Positions 45,847-55,414 of a DNA stretch of 64,000 bases are shown piece by piece (position 1 is the stretch's first letter; the number at the start of each line of letters is the position of its first letter). Made by a program: the position numbers and the translations under genes. Source of the DNA: Fimbriimonadia bacterium (lineage in GTDB: Bacteria; Armatimonadota; Fimbriimonadia; Fimbriimonadales; JABRVX01); assembly GCA_041483895.1 (NCBI GenBank), contig JBGPGO010000001.1, positions 460,583 through 524,582 of the forward strand. Reading direction: 5' to 3'. The notes under the pieces are model-generated. The model ran no database searches and was not told where the DNA came from. It worked only from the letters and a program-made list of their open reading frames with translations.

Positions 45847-46980
45847 CTAATAGGTCTGCATCGAAGGATCGATCTCGGTGGCCCAGGCGTTGATGCCGCC
45901 GACCAGATTTCTCACTTTGGGATAGCCTTGTCCAAGCAGGAACATTGTGACGGTTGCGCTCCGGTGGCCGGTTTGGCATATCACCACAATTTCCGCTTCG
46001 CGGTCGATCTCGGCCAGGCGCCGCCCAATTTCGCTCACTGGGATATGCAATTCGTTCCCAAGCCGGCTGATCTTCAACTCATGCGGATCCCGCACGTCCA
46101 GCAGCACGTGCGGATCGCCCCGTTCTCGCATCGCCGAAAACTCACGAACATTGACCTCAGGAACCCCGCGCATTCGCTGCTCACTCTCCGCCTCACACAT
46201 TCGGTTCTCGTCGGCCACCTCCTTGATCGTGGGCTCGACGCCGCAGAGTGGGCAGTTCGGGTCCCTGTCAATGGCAATCTCCTGGAATCGCATCGCCAGC
46301 GCATCGAAGAGCACCATTCGCCCGATCAGCGGCTTGCCGATGCCGAGGATCAGCTTGACCGCCTCGGTGGCCTGGAGCAGTCCCATGATGCCGGGCAGCA
46401 GGCCCAAAACGCCTGCCTCCGCGCAGTTCGGCACCTCCCCTTGCGGCGGTGGCTCTGGGTAGATGCAGCGATAACACGGACCCTGTTTTCCACTGAAAAC
46501 GGTGACCTGACCCGTGAACCGAAAGACGGAAGCATAGATCAGCGGCCTCGATAGCAGGAAGCAAGCATCGTTGGTCAGATAGCGGGTTTGGAAATTGTCC
46601 GAACCGTCTACGAGAACATGGTACTGGGGAACGATCGCTCCCGCATTTGCTGCGGTCAACCGTTCCATATACAGATCGACCCGCACATGGGGATTGATCC
46701 CTTTGAGCGTTTCCGCAGCCGAATCGACCTTGGGCCGGCCCATGTCATCTGTCCCGTGCAGCAATTGCCGATGTAGATTCGACAGCTCGACCATGTCTGC
46801 ATCGATCAGTCCGATGCGGCCCACACCGGCGGCTGCCAAGTACATCGCGGCGGGCGAGCCCAACCCCCCCGCACCGACGATCAGCACGCCGGCAGCCTTC
46901 AGCTTGGCCTGGCCGTCGCCGCCTACCTCCGGCATCTGGATCTGGCGGCTGTACCGAGTCAGCTCATCCTCGCTAAACAT
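45847..46980 (-). CDS. moeB: MoeB/ThiF adenylyltransferase with C-terminal rhodanese (MoeZ-type)
   Basis: RYSRQ, GAGGLGSP, SNLHRQ, PCYRC, CAEAGVLG, CPLC, rhodanese CQTGHRS. Confidence 0.93.
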   Translation of the reverse strand: MFSEDELTRYSRQIQMPEVGGDGQAKLKAAGVLIVGAGGLGSPAAMYLAAAGVGRIGLIDADMVELSNLHRQLLHGTDDMGRPKVDSAAETLKGINPHVRVDLYMERLTAANAGAIVPQYHVLVDGSDNFQTRYLTNDACFLLSRPLIYASVFRFTGQVTVFSGKQGPCYRCIYPEPPPQGEVPNCAEAGVLGLLPGIMGLLQATEAVKLILGIGKPLIGRMVLFDALAMRFQEIAIDRDPNCPLCGVEPTIKEVADENRMCEAESEQRMRGVPEVNVREFSAMRERGDPHVLLDVRDPHELKISRLGNELHIPVSEIGRRLAEIDREAEIVVICQTGHRSATVTMFLLGQGYPKVRNLVGGINAWATEIDPSMQTY

Positions 46981-47438
46981 CAGAACGGCCGGAAGCGGAT
47001 CAGGATGAGCACCAGCAGGAGGAGCAGGGAGAGGAGGTGATGCAGCCAAAACACCATCGGTATCTGCCGTCCCGGAGGCCCCTTCTCCAACGCGAAGATG
47101 TTGTTCATACAGACATATTGGATGGCGATGAAAACGACCGCGATAAACAGCTTCGCATGGAACCATCCCATTTTGAGGCTGGGCATGTTGTACGCGAGCA
47201 GGCACCAGATTCCGCCCGTCAGCGCAAGAATCAGCCCTGGGGTGACCGCCACGAAAAAAAGCCGCTTTTCCAGCCGCACCATCAGCGCATGGGTTTCATC
47301 GGTCGTGGCATTCTTCGAGTGAAACAGCATCAGACGCGTGAGGTAGAGAAGGCCGCCAATCCACAGAATGATGCCCAAGATGTGGATCATCCAGCCGATT
47401 CGATGGTCGGTACTCCAGGTCAGACGTGGGTCAAGCAT
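46980..47438 (-). CDS. hemJ: HemJ/CopD-family membrane protein (protoporphyrinogen oxidase)
   Basis: HILG..LW.GGLLYL.RL..FH, LEKRL, GWFHAKL. Confidence 0.7.
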   Translation of the reverse strand: MLDPRLTWSTDHRIGWMIHILGIILWIGGLLYLTRLMLFHSKNATTDETHALMVRLEKRLFFVAVTPGLILALTGGIWCLLAYNMPSLKMGWFHAKLFIAVVFIAIQYVCMNNIFALEKGPPGRQIPMVFWLHHLLSLLLLLVLILIRFRPF

Positions 47439-47627
47439 TGCGGAGATATGGTACCGCAGGCGGGCAAAGCCACTACCCCCCAATTGTTGAGATTCTATGT
47501 TGTCGTGTCAAGTGTTTTGTGTCTTTTTCAGGCATTACAGGTTACGTGAGATGTGTGTACACAAATCGGCTAACAGTCCACATTGCCCGCTTTCCAGTAG
47601 AAGGTAGTGAGGGCCTCGTTACGTCCT

Positions 47628-48110
47628 TTAGCCCCTATACCGAAGGAGCAGCCAACGAGCGGAGAGATACGCTCCACCAGGGACCCACCGCATATACCAA
47701 GGAATCTGAGCCGCAACAAGCCTCGCCGCATGTTGCCACTGCTGCCTTGCTTCGCGTCGCTCTCCCATATTGTTCAGGACGATGCCAAGGTTCAATCGGA
47801 TGTGCGGACAGTCATCGGTGAGCAATGCGGTCCTGAAGGCGGAGGCAGCTTCTGGATACCGTTGATCCGCCAGGTAAGCACTCCCGAGGGACCAAGCAGG
47901 AAGCCATTCGTTGGGTAGCTGGTCAGTCACCTGAACCAGCACGTCAATAGCTGCCTTTGGATCTCCAGAGCGCAACAAGGCCACCGCGAGCTTATGCCCT
48001 ACCCAGGGGTCCGCTCCTTCGACGAACTCTTGCCTCAGCGCGGCAATCAGTTCAGCCGTCGGTCGGACATCCTCCTCCCTGATGACTTTAATTTCTACAG
48101 ACTTCCTCAT
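47628..48110 (-). CDS. TPR protein
   Basis: RBS ggagg; TPR-like LG.AY..A..AF..AL / NLG.VL. Confidence 0.7.
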   Translation of the reverse strand: MRKSVEIKVIREEDVRPTAELIAALRQEFVEGADPWVGHKLAVALLRSGDPKAAIDVLVQVTDQLPNEWLPAWSLGSAYLADQRYPEAASAFRTALLTDDCPHIRLNLGIVLNNMGERREARQQWQHAARLVAAQIPWYMRWVPGGAYLSARWLLLRYRG

Positions 48111-48284
48111 GGCACCTCCACTTATGGCTATATACGAGGTTGAGGTCGTGACGAAGACGGTTTGTCCCCCCCTGCCCGTGGTTGTTTCAATGCCGACATC
48201 GGGATGTGGACATTTCCGCTCATGGTACCCGCCGGGGTGGTTGCCGAGGACCCTCAATTGTGTGATCACTGAGGGATGATGGAT

Positions 48285-48470
48285 TCAGACCTGAATGTCG
48301 AGGCGGCCGTTTAGGCCAAATGCGTCCCGAACCATCCGCTGCGATTCCAAGCTCTTATCTTGCATAGCGATACGCAACGCCTTCTTCGCCAGGTCCAGTT
48401 GGGACTGCTGGGACGCGCGCAGCATCTCCATCAGTTGCGTGCCGCCATCGGTTGTTGAGCCGACTTTCAT
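48285..48470 (-). CDS. small YjfB-like putative motility protein
   Basis: AKKAL..GRLDIQV C-terminus; overlaps cheX stop. Confidence 0.55.
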   Translation of the reverse strand: MKVGSTTDGGTQLMEMLRASQQSQLDLAKKALRIAMQDKSLESQRMVRDAFGLNGRLDIQV

Positions 48471-48937
48471 GTGTGCCGCTCCTGCAGGCTGACGTTTATC
48501 TCGAACTCTCCCAGGTCTCCCAGGGCGATCGGGATGACGAACGCCGGGACATCCAGGGTCGATACGTTCACGTTGGCCCCCCGGACAAGTGTCGGCGGCG
48601 TCATCTCGGTCGGGTATCCGGCCTCGTCAAGCAGGTCCGTGGCTTGACCGGTTATTCGGGAACCGAGGTCGCAAATCGCGTTCGCGGCGGCCTGATCGAA
48701 TGTGACGACCGTCTGGGCCAGCATTTGTGAGGCGATTCGGTCCGCCGTCGCTAAGGACATTCCATAAATGATCTGACCTTCCACTTTGCCCGTGATACCG
48801 GTTAAGATGTTGCATTGCTGGGTAGTAAACATGCGTGGTCGAACCGTAACGGATCCGCGGCTCGGCTCCACACCGGCAACGGATCGCAGGACGTTGATGC
48901 TGGCTACCACAAACGGGTTGATGCACTCTGCGTTCAT
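48467..48937 (-). CDS. cheX: CheX-family protein (catalytic ExxN degenerate)
   Basis: INPF, GITG.VEG, TPPTLVRG. Confidence 0.85.
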   Translation of the reverse strand: MNAECINPFVVASINVLRSVAGVEPSRGSVTVRPRMFTTQQCNILTGITGKVEGQIIYGMSLATADRIASQMLAQTVVTFDQAAANAICDLGSRITGQATDLLDEAGYPTEMTPPTLVRGANVNVSTLDVPAFVIPIALGDLGEFEINVSLQERHT

Positions 48938-48945
48938 GGCCTTGG

Positions 48946-49767
48946 CTATGCAGCCTCCCTCACTTCGGATTGTCGGGTTTCACCGATAGGGCGCCGATAG
49001 AAGAACGGGGTTGGGTTCTCATATCCGATCTCCGCGCCATTCAGAATACGCTCGGTATTGCCCACGAACAGATAGCCGCCGGTCCGAAGGGCGCTCAGGA
49101 ACCGATGATACAGGCGATCTTTGGGCTCATCTTCCAAATAGATGACCACATTTCGGCAGAGAATCAGGTCGTACATGGTCCCGAAGTGATCGCGGAGGAG
49201 ATCGTGGGTCCTAAACTTGATCATGTCCGCCAGTACCCGCCTGGGCTGGTACTTTCCGTCGATCGTATCGAAGAACGCCTCTCTTCGCGCCTGACTGACG
49301 TGGATCATGTCGTCTTCCCCAAATCGTACGTTCGATGCGCTTTGCAGGCTGCCTATGTCGATATCCGTCGCCAAAACCGAATGTTCCGTATCGGGAGCCA
49401 GCTCCGCCGCCAAGATCGCCAACGAATAGGCCTCCGCCCCGTAGGAGCAACCCGCGCTCCAGATTTTCAAGAACCGGTTTTGCTGGAGAAGCTCCGGCAG
49501 CACACGTTTTTGAAGCTGCTCGAATTTTTCCGGATTGCGAAACAGGCTCGACACATTGATGGACACCCGGTCGAGAAAGGAGCGGAGCCGAATCGGATCT
49601 TCGTTCAGCCATTCCCAGAACTCCGCCGGGGTGGATCGGCCGGCGCGGACCATCATCGTCGCCATCCTTCGGTCCAGCTGCTTGGCCTTGTATTGGGCCA
49701 GGTCAAGACCGTTCTGGTCTCTGACCTGGACTTTGAACCATTCCCAATTCAGCGATGCGTCAGCCAT
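48946..49767 (-). CDS. cheR: chemotaxis methyltransferase CheR
   Basis: IWSAGCSYGAEAYSLA, ATDID, DLILCRNVVIY, GGYLFVG. Confidence 0.93.
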   Translation of the reverse strand: MADASLNWEWFKVQVRDQNGLDLAQYKAKQLDRRMATMMVRAGRSTPAEFWEWLNEDPIRLRSFLDRVSINVSSLFRNPEKFEQLQKRVLPELLQQNRFLKIWSAGCSYGAEAYSLAILAAELAPDTEHSVLATDIDIGSLQSASNVRFGEDDMIHVSQARREAFFDTIDGKYQPRRVLADMIKFRTHDLLRDHFGTMYDLILCRNVVIYLEDEPKDRLYHRFLSALRTGGYLFVGNTERILNGAEIGYENPTPFFYRRPIGETRQSEVREAA

Positions 49768-49787
49768 GATGGCACAATTCGGTGTTC

Positions 49788-50642
49788 CTATTGCCGACCG
49801 TAGATCTGCATTGCCTTCTCGATGGCATCAGTCATTTCGGCTGCCACCGAATCTTGGAAATTGGCATCTAGGCCCAGCCGCTCGATCGCTTCCGGGCAGA
49901 TCTGGTAGCAGAGGCCGTCGCCGCCAAGTCCATAGCCCAAACTCATCGCAAGGCCGTCGGCAATGTGGACGACGTCGACGAGCGGCTCTGTCGGGCTACA
50001 GTTATTTGGGCAGTGGTGGTACCGGATAGAGTGGGTCAATCCGTCCGGCAGGTTCCATCGCTCGGCCAGGTATGCCCCGACCTCCGCATGGTCAAATCCC
50101 AACGTCTCGCGCTCAATTTGGTCGAACGGCAGGTGTTCCTGGATGCTGCGGCTCACCAGGCCGGATATCTTGTCCTCCAGCCACATGCTGAGCACGACTT
50201 TGCCGATGTCGTGAAGGAGTCCGCCGGTAAAGGCCTCGTCGGTATTGACTCCGCGCGTGCGACCGGCCAGCAGCTGCGAGCCGATGGAGACGGCTATCGA
50301 ATGCTCCCAGAGAGCGTGCGGACCAAGCGCATACCCCTTCCGCGCCTGCGTCAGCCACGGGAACGTCGAAGCGACCAACGCAAGGTGCCGTACAGTTTTC
50401 ATGCCGAGCAGGACCACCGCGTCCTGAAGATTCGTTATCTGGCGAGGCAGGCCATAGTAGGCGGAGTTGCTGAGTCGTAGGACCCGTGCCGTGAGCGACT
50501 GATCGTGAGCGATCCTGTCGGCAATCGCCGAAGCGGTGGCATGCACGTCGTTCGCCATGCGGACGACGGACAAGGCCGCTTCCGGAATCGACGGCAGATC
50601 CGTCGTTTTCTCGATGATTTCGTCAATTGTCAGTGCGCTCAT
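49788..50642 (-). CDS. HDOD domain protein
   Basis: LPSIP, DQSLTARVLRLSNSAYY, GLLHDIGK, DHAEVG.YLAERWNLP, YHH. Confidence 0.92.
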   Translation of the reverse strand: MSALTIDEIIEKTTDLPSIPEAALSVVRMANDVHATASAIADRIAHDQSLTARVLRLSNSAYYGLPRQITNLQDAVVLLGMKTVRHLALVASTFPWLTQARKGYALGPHALWEHSIAVSIGSQLLAGRTRGVNTDEAFTGGLLHDIGKVVLSMWLEDKISGLVSRSIQEHLPFDQIERETLGFDHAEVGAYLAERWNLPDGLTHSIRYHHCPNNCSPTEPLVDVVHIADGLAMSLGYGLGGDGLCYQICPEAIERLGLDANFQDSVAAEMTDAIEKAMQIYGRQ

Positions 50643-50652
50643 ACTCTCATCC

Positions 50653-51183
50653 TCACGCGGCTTGCATTTGAACATCAGATCGTAAATTGCACAATTCGCG
50701 GTCGCCGACCGCATACGTTTTCACACGGACCTTGCCCGATTTCGCCTCAAACACCACGGTTCTCCCACAGGAACCGCCCACATCCGCGGCAACTGTCCGA
50801 AATCCGGCCGAAGCAAGAGCCTCCGCGACAGCCGCGGCATTCCGCGCCCCGATGTCAATGCGATTGGTGTCTCCGTTGCCGATGCGCAAGACTTGCGCGC
50901 CGCCCGCATACGCCACGGACGTGTCGCTTACGGCGCCGCCGCGCTCGACAAGAACGCGAAGCATCTCCGGAATCGCGGTATTCGCGTACTTGGCCGGATG
51001 ATCCCCGGAACGTCCCGCCAAACTGGCCGGCAGCATCACATGGGACATCACGGATACCTCCGCGACTGGATCCAGCATGCAGATGGCGATCGACGAGCCC
51101 AGGCCCTCACATGTGAACGCCGTCCCGCCATTGCCGCTCTTGATTTCCGCGATGCCAATGGTCTCCGTTAGGGCCATTACCAT
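50653..51183 (-). CDS. cheD: CheD-family protein (catalytic Cys replaced by Ser)
   Basis: GLGSS, HVMLP, KYANTA, GGA, IGARN, DVGG..GR. Confidence 0.88.
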   Translation of the reverse strand: MVMALTETIGIAEIKSGNGGTAFTCEGLGSSIAICMLDPVAEVSVMSHVMLPASLAGRSGDHPAKYANTAIPEMLRVLVERGGAVSDTSVAYAGGAQVLRIGNGDTNRIDIGARNAAAVAEALASAGFRTVAADVGGSCGRTVVFEAKSGKVRVKTYAVGDRELCNLRSDVQMQAA

Positions 51184-51303
51184 CCTCCCTCATTCTGCCG
51201 TGCGCCATGGTGACGCCGGTCCACGGGCCGGGCATGCTTTCGCCTCACGCCTAAGCGGATTCTCGGCTGATTGGCCTTGCGAAAGTAGTCGGAAGGTTGG
51301 TAC

Positions 51304-52281
51304 CTAAGGATCGATATTGCGAAGCCGCCTGCCGACGGCCTCCATCGGCAATTCGGCCTGGATTGCTATCGCGCGGATGCTTGCTGGGAGGCCCGCCATT
51401 TGCTCGGCCAGCCACTCGTTTGCGAAGGCGCCGGATTGGATTTCCTCCAGAATCTCTTGCATCGCATGTCTGGAAGCAGCCCCGATAACCCGCTTGCCCC
51501 GAGTCAAATCGCCAAAGAGCGCCGTATCGGAAATACGTTCCCGCATCCCCGCTATCCCGAACTGATGGATGAGGTCGGCGAGCAGCTTGAGCTGGTGGAC
51601 GCATTCGAAATAGGCCAGCTCTTCCGAGTATCCTGCGGCTACAAGCGTGTCATATCCGGCCTCCGCGAGCGCGGCAAGGCCGCCGCACAAAACCGCCTGC
51701 TCTCCAAACAGGTCGGTCTCGACCTCCTCGCGAACCGTCCCGACCATCACCCCCGCGCGGCCGCAGCCAAGGGCCTTTGCGTACGCCTGGCCAAGGTCCT
51801 GTGCCTGGCCCGTCGCATCCTGGTGCACCGCCACGAACCCGGAAACCCCACTGCCGGCAACGAACAGCTCCCGCATGCTTGGTCCCGCCCCCATCGGCGC
51901 AACGACGACGACGTCCACGCCGGACGGCGGCTTCACCTGTTCGTACAAAAGAGAAAATCCGTGGGCGAACACGACAGCGTCGCCATTTGCGAGACCGGAC
52001 TGGATGTCTCTGAAGAGCGATTCGTGGGAGCTGTCCGGGGTCAGGAGGGCAATTACCGAGGCCTCATGCACTGCCTCCGTGATAGAGACGGGCGTCCAAC
52101 CATCGGCCACGGCGAGGTCCCAGCTTTGGCCGTGCCGGAGCCCGAGGAGTACCGTGTGGCCCATGTCTCGCAGGCAGAGCGCTTGGGCCGACCCTTGTGA
52201 GCCGTAGCCGATCACGGCGATTGCGCGTTCCGCCAGAGGCGTTGGATCGATATCGGCATCGTACAGCAGCGTTTTCGCCAT
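51304..52281 (-). CDS. ilvC: ketol-acid reductoisomerase
   Basis: IGYGSQG, FAHGF, ETDLFGEQAVLCGG, LAYFEC.H.LKL, ISDTA. Confidence 0.93.
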   Translation of the reverse strand: MAKTLLYDADIDPTPLAERAIAVIGYGSQGSAQALCLRDMGHTVLLGLRHGQSWDLAVADGWTPVSITEAVHEASVIALLTPDSSHESLFRDIQSGLANGDAVVFAHGFSLLYEQVKPPSGVDVVVVAPMGAGPSMRELFVAGSGVSGFVAVHQDATGQAQDLGQAYAKALGCGRAGVMVGTVREEVETDLFGEQAVLCGGLAALAEAGYDTLVAAGYSEELAYFECVHQLKLLADLIHQFGIAGMRERISDTALFGDLTRGKRVIGAASRHAMQEILEEIQSGAFANEWLAEQMAGLPASIRAIAIQAELPMEAVGRRLRNIDP

Positions 52282-52310
52282 ATGGATACGGTACCCAATG
52301 GGAAAGACGG

Positions 52311-53165
52311 TTATGCCGCTCGCGTTAATGTTTGCAGAAGCAGATCGAAGGTCTTTTCCGGTCGGTAGCCAAGTTCCCGCTGCGCTAAGGTGATGTCCAA
52401 CAATGGAAACAGATGCGGCTTGATTTCGTAGCCCGCATCCCGAAGTTTGGCGACGCTGCCTGGCCATCGACGCTCCAAAACCGCCGCCGGGTCGGTGGCC
52501 CCCAAATCAAGGTCTTGCTCCTGGAGCCGGGTTTCCGGGCCGATGACATATTGGCCGAAGCCCAGGTCCTCGACGGTCAACGCGTTCAGGTTCGCTTGCG
52601 CCGCATCTCCATCCCAGATCGAGCGGGCGCAGAGTTCGGTTCCGTATCGCTCCCATGGCCCGTCGTTAAAATTGCTGTAGCGCAGGCAGGCAATCCCTAG
52701 GCCATATTGGCGGTGATATTGCTCGCAAATCTGCTCCCCAAGCCATTTCGTCAGCGGATAGATGGTTGTGGGGTTCACTGGGGTTTCGGGGGAAAGGCGA
52801 CGGATGCCCATCACGTCCCAGTGGTGGCCATAGACCTGGCAGGTGCTGGAGAATATGAACCGCTGAACCTCATTCTTGACCGCGGCATGCAGAAGATTGT
52901 CCGTGGCTTCCACATTGATCCGAAAGAAATCGCAGCGCGTGCTGGTCTGGAGGTCATGGCTGTGCAGGCCAGCCGTATGGATGATTGCATCGCAGCCCTT
53001 CACAAGCTCCGCAATCCCTTTTAGATCGCTGACGTCCACGCACAATGAGTCCTCGGCCGGGCGCGAATCCACTCGGACAAACTCGATCGGCAGGTTCTTT
53101 CGAGTGGCCTCGCGGACAATCGCGCGGCCCAACCGCCCCGCCGCTCCCGTCAATAACACCTTCAT
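52311..53165 (-). CDS. NAD-dependent epimerase/dehydratase (extended SDR)
   Basis: LTGAAGRLG, IIHTAG, FSST, YPLTK. Confidence 0.88.
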   Translation of the reverse strand: MKVLLTGAAGRLGRAIVREATRKNLPIEFVRVDSRPAEDSLCVDVSDLKGIAELVKGCDAIIHTAGLHSHDLQTSTRCDFFRINVEATDNLLHAAVKNEVQRFIFSSTCQVYGHHWDVMGIRRLSPETPVNPTTIYPLTKWLGEQICEQYHRQYGLGIACLRYSNFNDGPWERYGTELCARSIWDGDAAQANLNALTVEDLGFGQYVIGPETRLQEQDLDLGATDPAAVLERRWPGSVAKLRDAGYEIKPHLFPLLDITLAQRELGYRPEKTFDLLLQTLTRAA

Positions 53166-53204
53166 ACAGCTATTATCGTTCAAATCTTTCGGAATGCTAT
53201 AGGC

Positions 53205-53253
53205 CCGCCCAACCATCCCTTCACAGTCTGACTGTGAAGGGATGGTTGGGCGG
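53205..53253. repeat. perfect 24-bp-arm palindrome
   Basis: ccgcccaaccatcccttcacagtc-t-gactgtgaagggatggttgggcgg. Confidence 0.95.
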
Positions 53254-53334
53254 TGCTATAATCTTTGCGCAAGCTAAAGCTTGCGGCTACCGAGCGGGGT
53301 GCCAGGTTGCCGCCTGGCTAGAACGGAAAGGTGT

Positions 53335-54114
53335 TTGAGACTACTCTTTTTCGGGGACATCGTAGGTAGGCCGGGCAGACGTGGAGTGGCGGCGGCGCTG
53401 CCGAATTGGGTTGGGCAGTATTCGCCGGACATTGTGGTCGCGAACGCGGAGAACTCGGCAGGCGGAATGGGGATCACGGCCGATGTCGGCAGAGAGCTTT
53501 ACAGCCTGGGAATCAATGTCCTTACCCTGGGAAACCACGCCTGGCACAAAAAGGAGTCGTTCGACTTCCTGGACAACAACCTCAACGTACTGCGGCCCGC
53601 CAATATGCCGCCGGGCGCGCCGGGGCATGGATACGGCGTATTCGATTCGAACGCCGGACCCATCGGCATTGTGAACCTTTGCGGCCGCGTATTCGTCGGA
53701 GACTATGATGATCCGTTTCGCGCGATCGATGCGATCCTTGAAGATATCGCCACCCCGTGCGTGATGGTAGACTTTCATGCCGAGACCTCGTCGGAGAAGC
53801 AGGCGTTTGGCTGGTACGTGGATGGGAGGATTTCCGCGATGGTGGGAACCCATACGCACGTCCAGACTGCGGATGAGCGGATTTTGCCGCGCGGGACGGC
53901 CTATATCACCGATGTGGGAATGTGCGGTCCGATGGATTCCGTAATTGGCATGGACAAAGATATCGTCCTCCGGCGATTCACGAGCCAGATGCCGGCAAAG
54001 TTCGAGGTACCGGACGAGGAACCGATTGTGTGCGCGGTCGTCATCGATATTGACGCCGAAACGGGACAGGCGACCATGATCCAGCGGTTGCAGCAGCGAC
54101 CGGACCAAGATTGA
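53335..54114 (+). CDS. ymdB: YmdB/TIGR00282 metallophosphoesterase
   Basis: GDIVGRPGR, NAENSAGG.G, LGNH, DFHAETSSEK, GTHTHVQTAD. Confidence 0.93.
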   Translation: MRLLFFGDIVGRPGRRGVAAALPNWVGQYSPDIVVANAENSAGGMGITADVGRELYSLGINVLTLGNHAWHKKESFDFLDNNLNVLRPANMPPGAPGHGYGVFDSNAGPIGIVNLCGRVFVGDYDDPFRAIDAILEDIATPCVMVDFHAETSSEKQAFGWYVDGRISAMVGTHTHVQTADERILPRGTAYITDVGMCGPMDSVIGMDKDIVLRRFTSQMPAKFEVPDEEPIVCAVVIDIDAETGQATMIQRLQQRPDQD

Positions 54115-54127
54115 TGGAGAGGTGGAT

Positions 54128-55051
54128 ATGAAGGGACTAGCAGTTTTCGTAAGCGCCGGGCTGGCGTCGATGGGGATGTCGCAATATCCTATTTTGTACG
54201 GTGGGGGCGACGCGTCGGAAAAAGGGTACACGATCGGTGCGTGGGGCAGCGGGAGCGCCTCGCAGAGCAAAGAAGCCGCTGAGGGCACCTACTCCATCAA
54301 GATTGCGACGAAGGGTTATTACATTGGCGGCATGCTGAGTTTTTCGAAACCGTACGATGTGAAGCCTGCCGAAGACGATCCCACCTATATGTTGGTCGTC
54401 GACATGCTAATTCCCGACGGATCGAGCGGCGGCGTCATATCATCCGGCGGACCCGGCGGACCCGGAGGCAAGTTTGGCGCGGGCGGCGTTACGGTGGGCC
54501 CCGGCGGGCCGGGACCCGGCCCAGGCGGCGGCAACGTTTCGAACATTACGATGCGAAAATTTCGGCTGGTGATTGGCACGGATGACGGGAAGATGACGGA
54601 GATCTACTTCCCGGCATACAGCTACAACCACGCGGGCAATCGATGGGTTTCGTATGCCATCCCTGTCTCGAAAATCCCGAACTTCGCGCAAACCAGCAGC
54701 AAGATTTCCTTCTTCGGGTTTTTCGGCGATTCTCCGGAGACGTTCTACATTGGCGGCATCTCGCTGCAACAGGACAACACACCGATCACCGGGCAGATTG
54801 TCGAGATGAACACGAACTATGCGCGCGATGACGAGGTTCTGTTTGCGGTAACGGCGAACGCGGGGCTGTCCATGTTGCGCGTGGTTTGGGACTTTGATTC
54901 CAAGAACGGTCTGCAGCCGGAAGCCGAGGGCGCCGCGCTGTATCGCCGGTTCCGCATCCCCGGAGAGTACACCGTGACCGCGACCATCATGGATGCCTAC
55001 GGTGTCAAGAAGCCGGTTTCGGTCACGACCAAAATTACCGTCAATCCGTAG
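54128..55051 (+). CDS. secreted protein with Gly/Pro loop and C-terminal PKD-like domain
   Basis: Signal peptide; WDFD..G / PGEYTVTAT..D PKD pattern. Confidence 0.7.
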   Translation: MKGLAVFVSAGLASMGMSQYPILYGGGDASEKGYTIGAWGSGSASQSKEAAEGTYSIKIATKGYYIGGMLSFSKPYDVKPAEDDPTYMLVVDMLIPDGSSGGVISSGGPGGPGGKFGAGGVTVGPGGPGPGPGGGNVSNITMRKFRLVIGTDDGKMTEIYFPAYSYNHAGNRWVSYAIPVSKIPNFAQTSSKISFFGFFGDSPETFYIGGISLQQDNTPITGQIVEMNTNYARDDEVLFAVTANAGLSMLRVVWDFDSKNGLQPEAEGAALYRRFRIPGEYTVTATIMDAYGVKKPVSVTTKITVNP

Positions 55052-55276
55052 ATGCTAGACCGGACACGGATGAATCTGGGCGCGATCCCGCGGCACGAGC
55101 TTGTCTCGTATCTGAAAAGCCCGATCCGGTTGCGGCTGGCGCGGGAAAAAGGCCTGTGCCTGCTCTGTTGCGATCGGCCGGTGAACGAGATCTGTCTTTG
55201 CATCTCCTGCTTTCCGTGCCTGACGGACGAAGAGCGGCGTTGGGCGGAACCTTACCTTACCGGCGAAATTCGGTAG
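55052..55276 (+). CDS. small Cys-rich (zinc-finger-like) protein
   Basis: CLLC..CISC pairs; abuts upstream gene. Confidence 0.55.
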   Translation: MLDRTRMNLGAIPRHELVSYLKSPIRLRLAREKGLCLLCCDRPVNEICLCISCFPCLTDEERRWAEPYLTGEIR

Positions 55277-55338
55277 CCGCACGCTTTAGCTTGCGATATC
55301 TCCTCCGCCGGCCAACTCAAGCTGAAGCGTGCGACTAC
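55273..55338. repeat. GTAG-footed REP inverted pair (REPIN-like)
   Basis: gtagccgcacgctttagcttgcg .. caagctgaagcgtgcgactac; single copy at 53268-53290. Confidence 0.8.
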
Positions 55339-55414
55339 CGCGTCTCCAATCGACAGCATCCTCGTACAGAAAATTCTCTGGCCCGCCAAACTGATGTAGT
55401 CGTACAGCTTTCAC
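55286..55414 (-). pseudogene. 5' remnant of quinone oxidoreductase/MDR-family gene
   Basis: RBS gggagg, GTG, KAVRLHQFGGPENFLYED, then runs into the REP and stops. Confidence 0.65.

Noticed and set aside
48115..48284. c-di-GMP riboswitch or sigma28 promoter within the chemotaxis cluster
   Set aside because: I could not match GEMM consensus elements or a correctly spaced TAAA/GCCGATAA pair.
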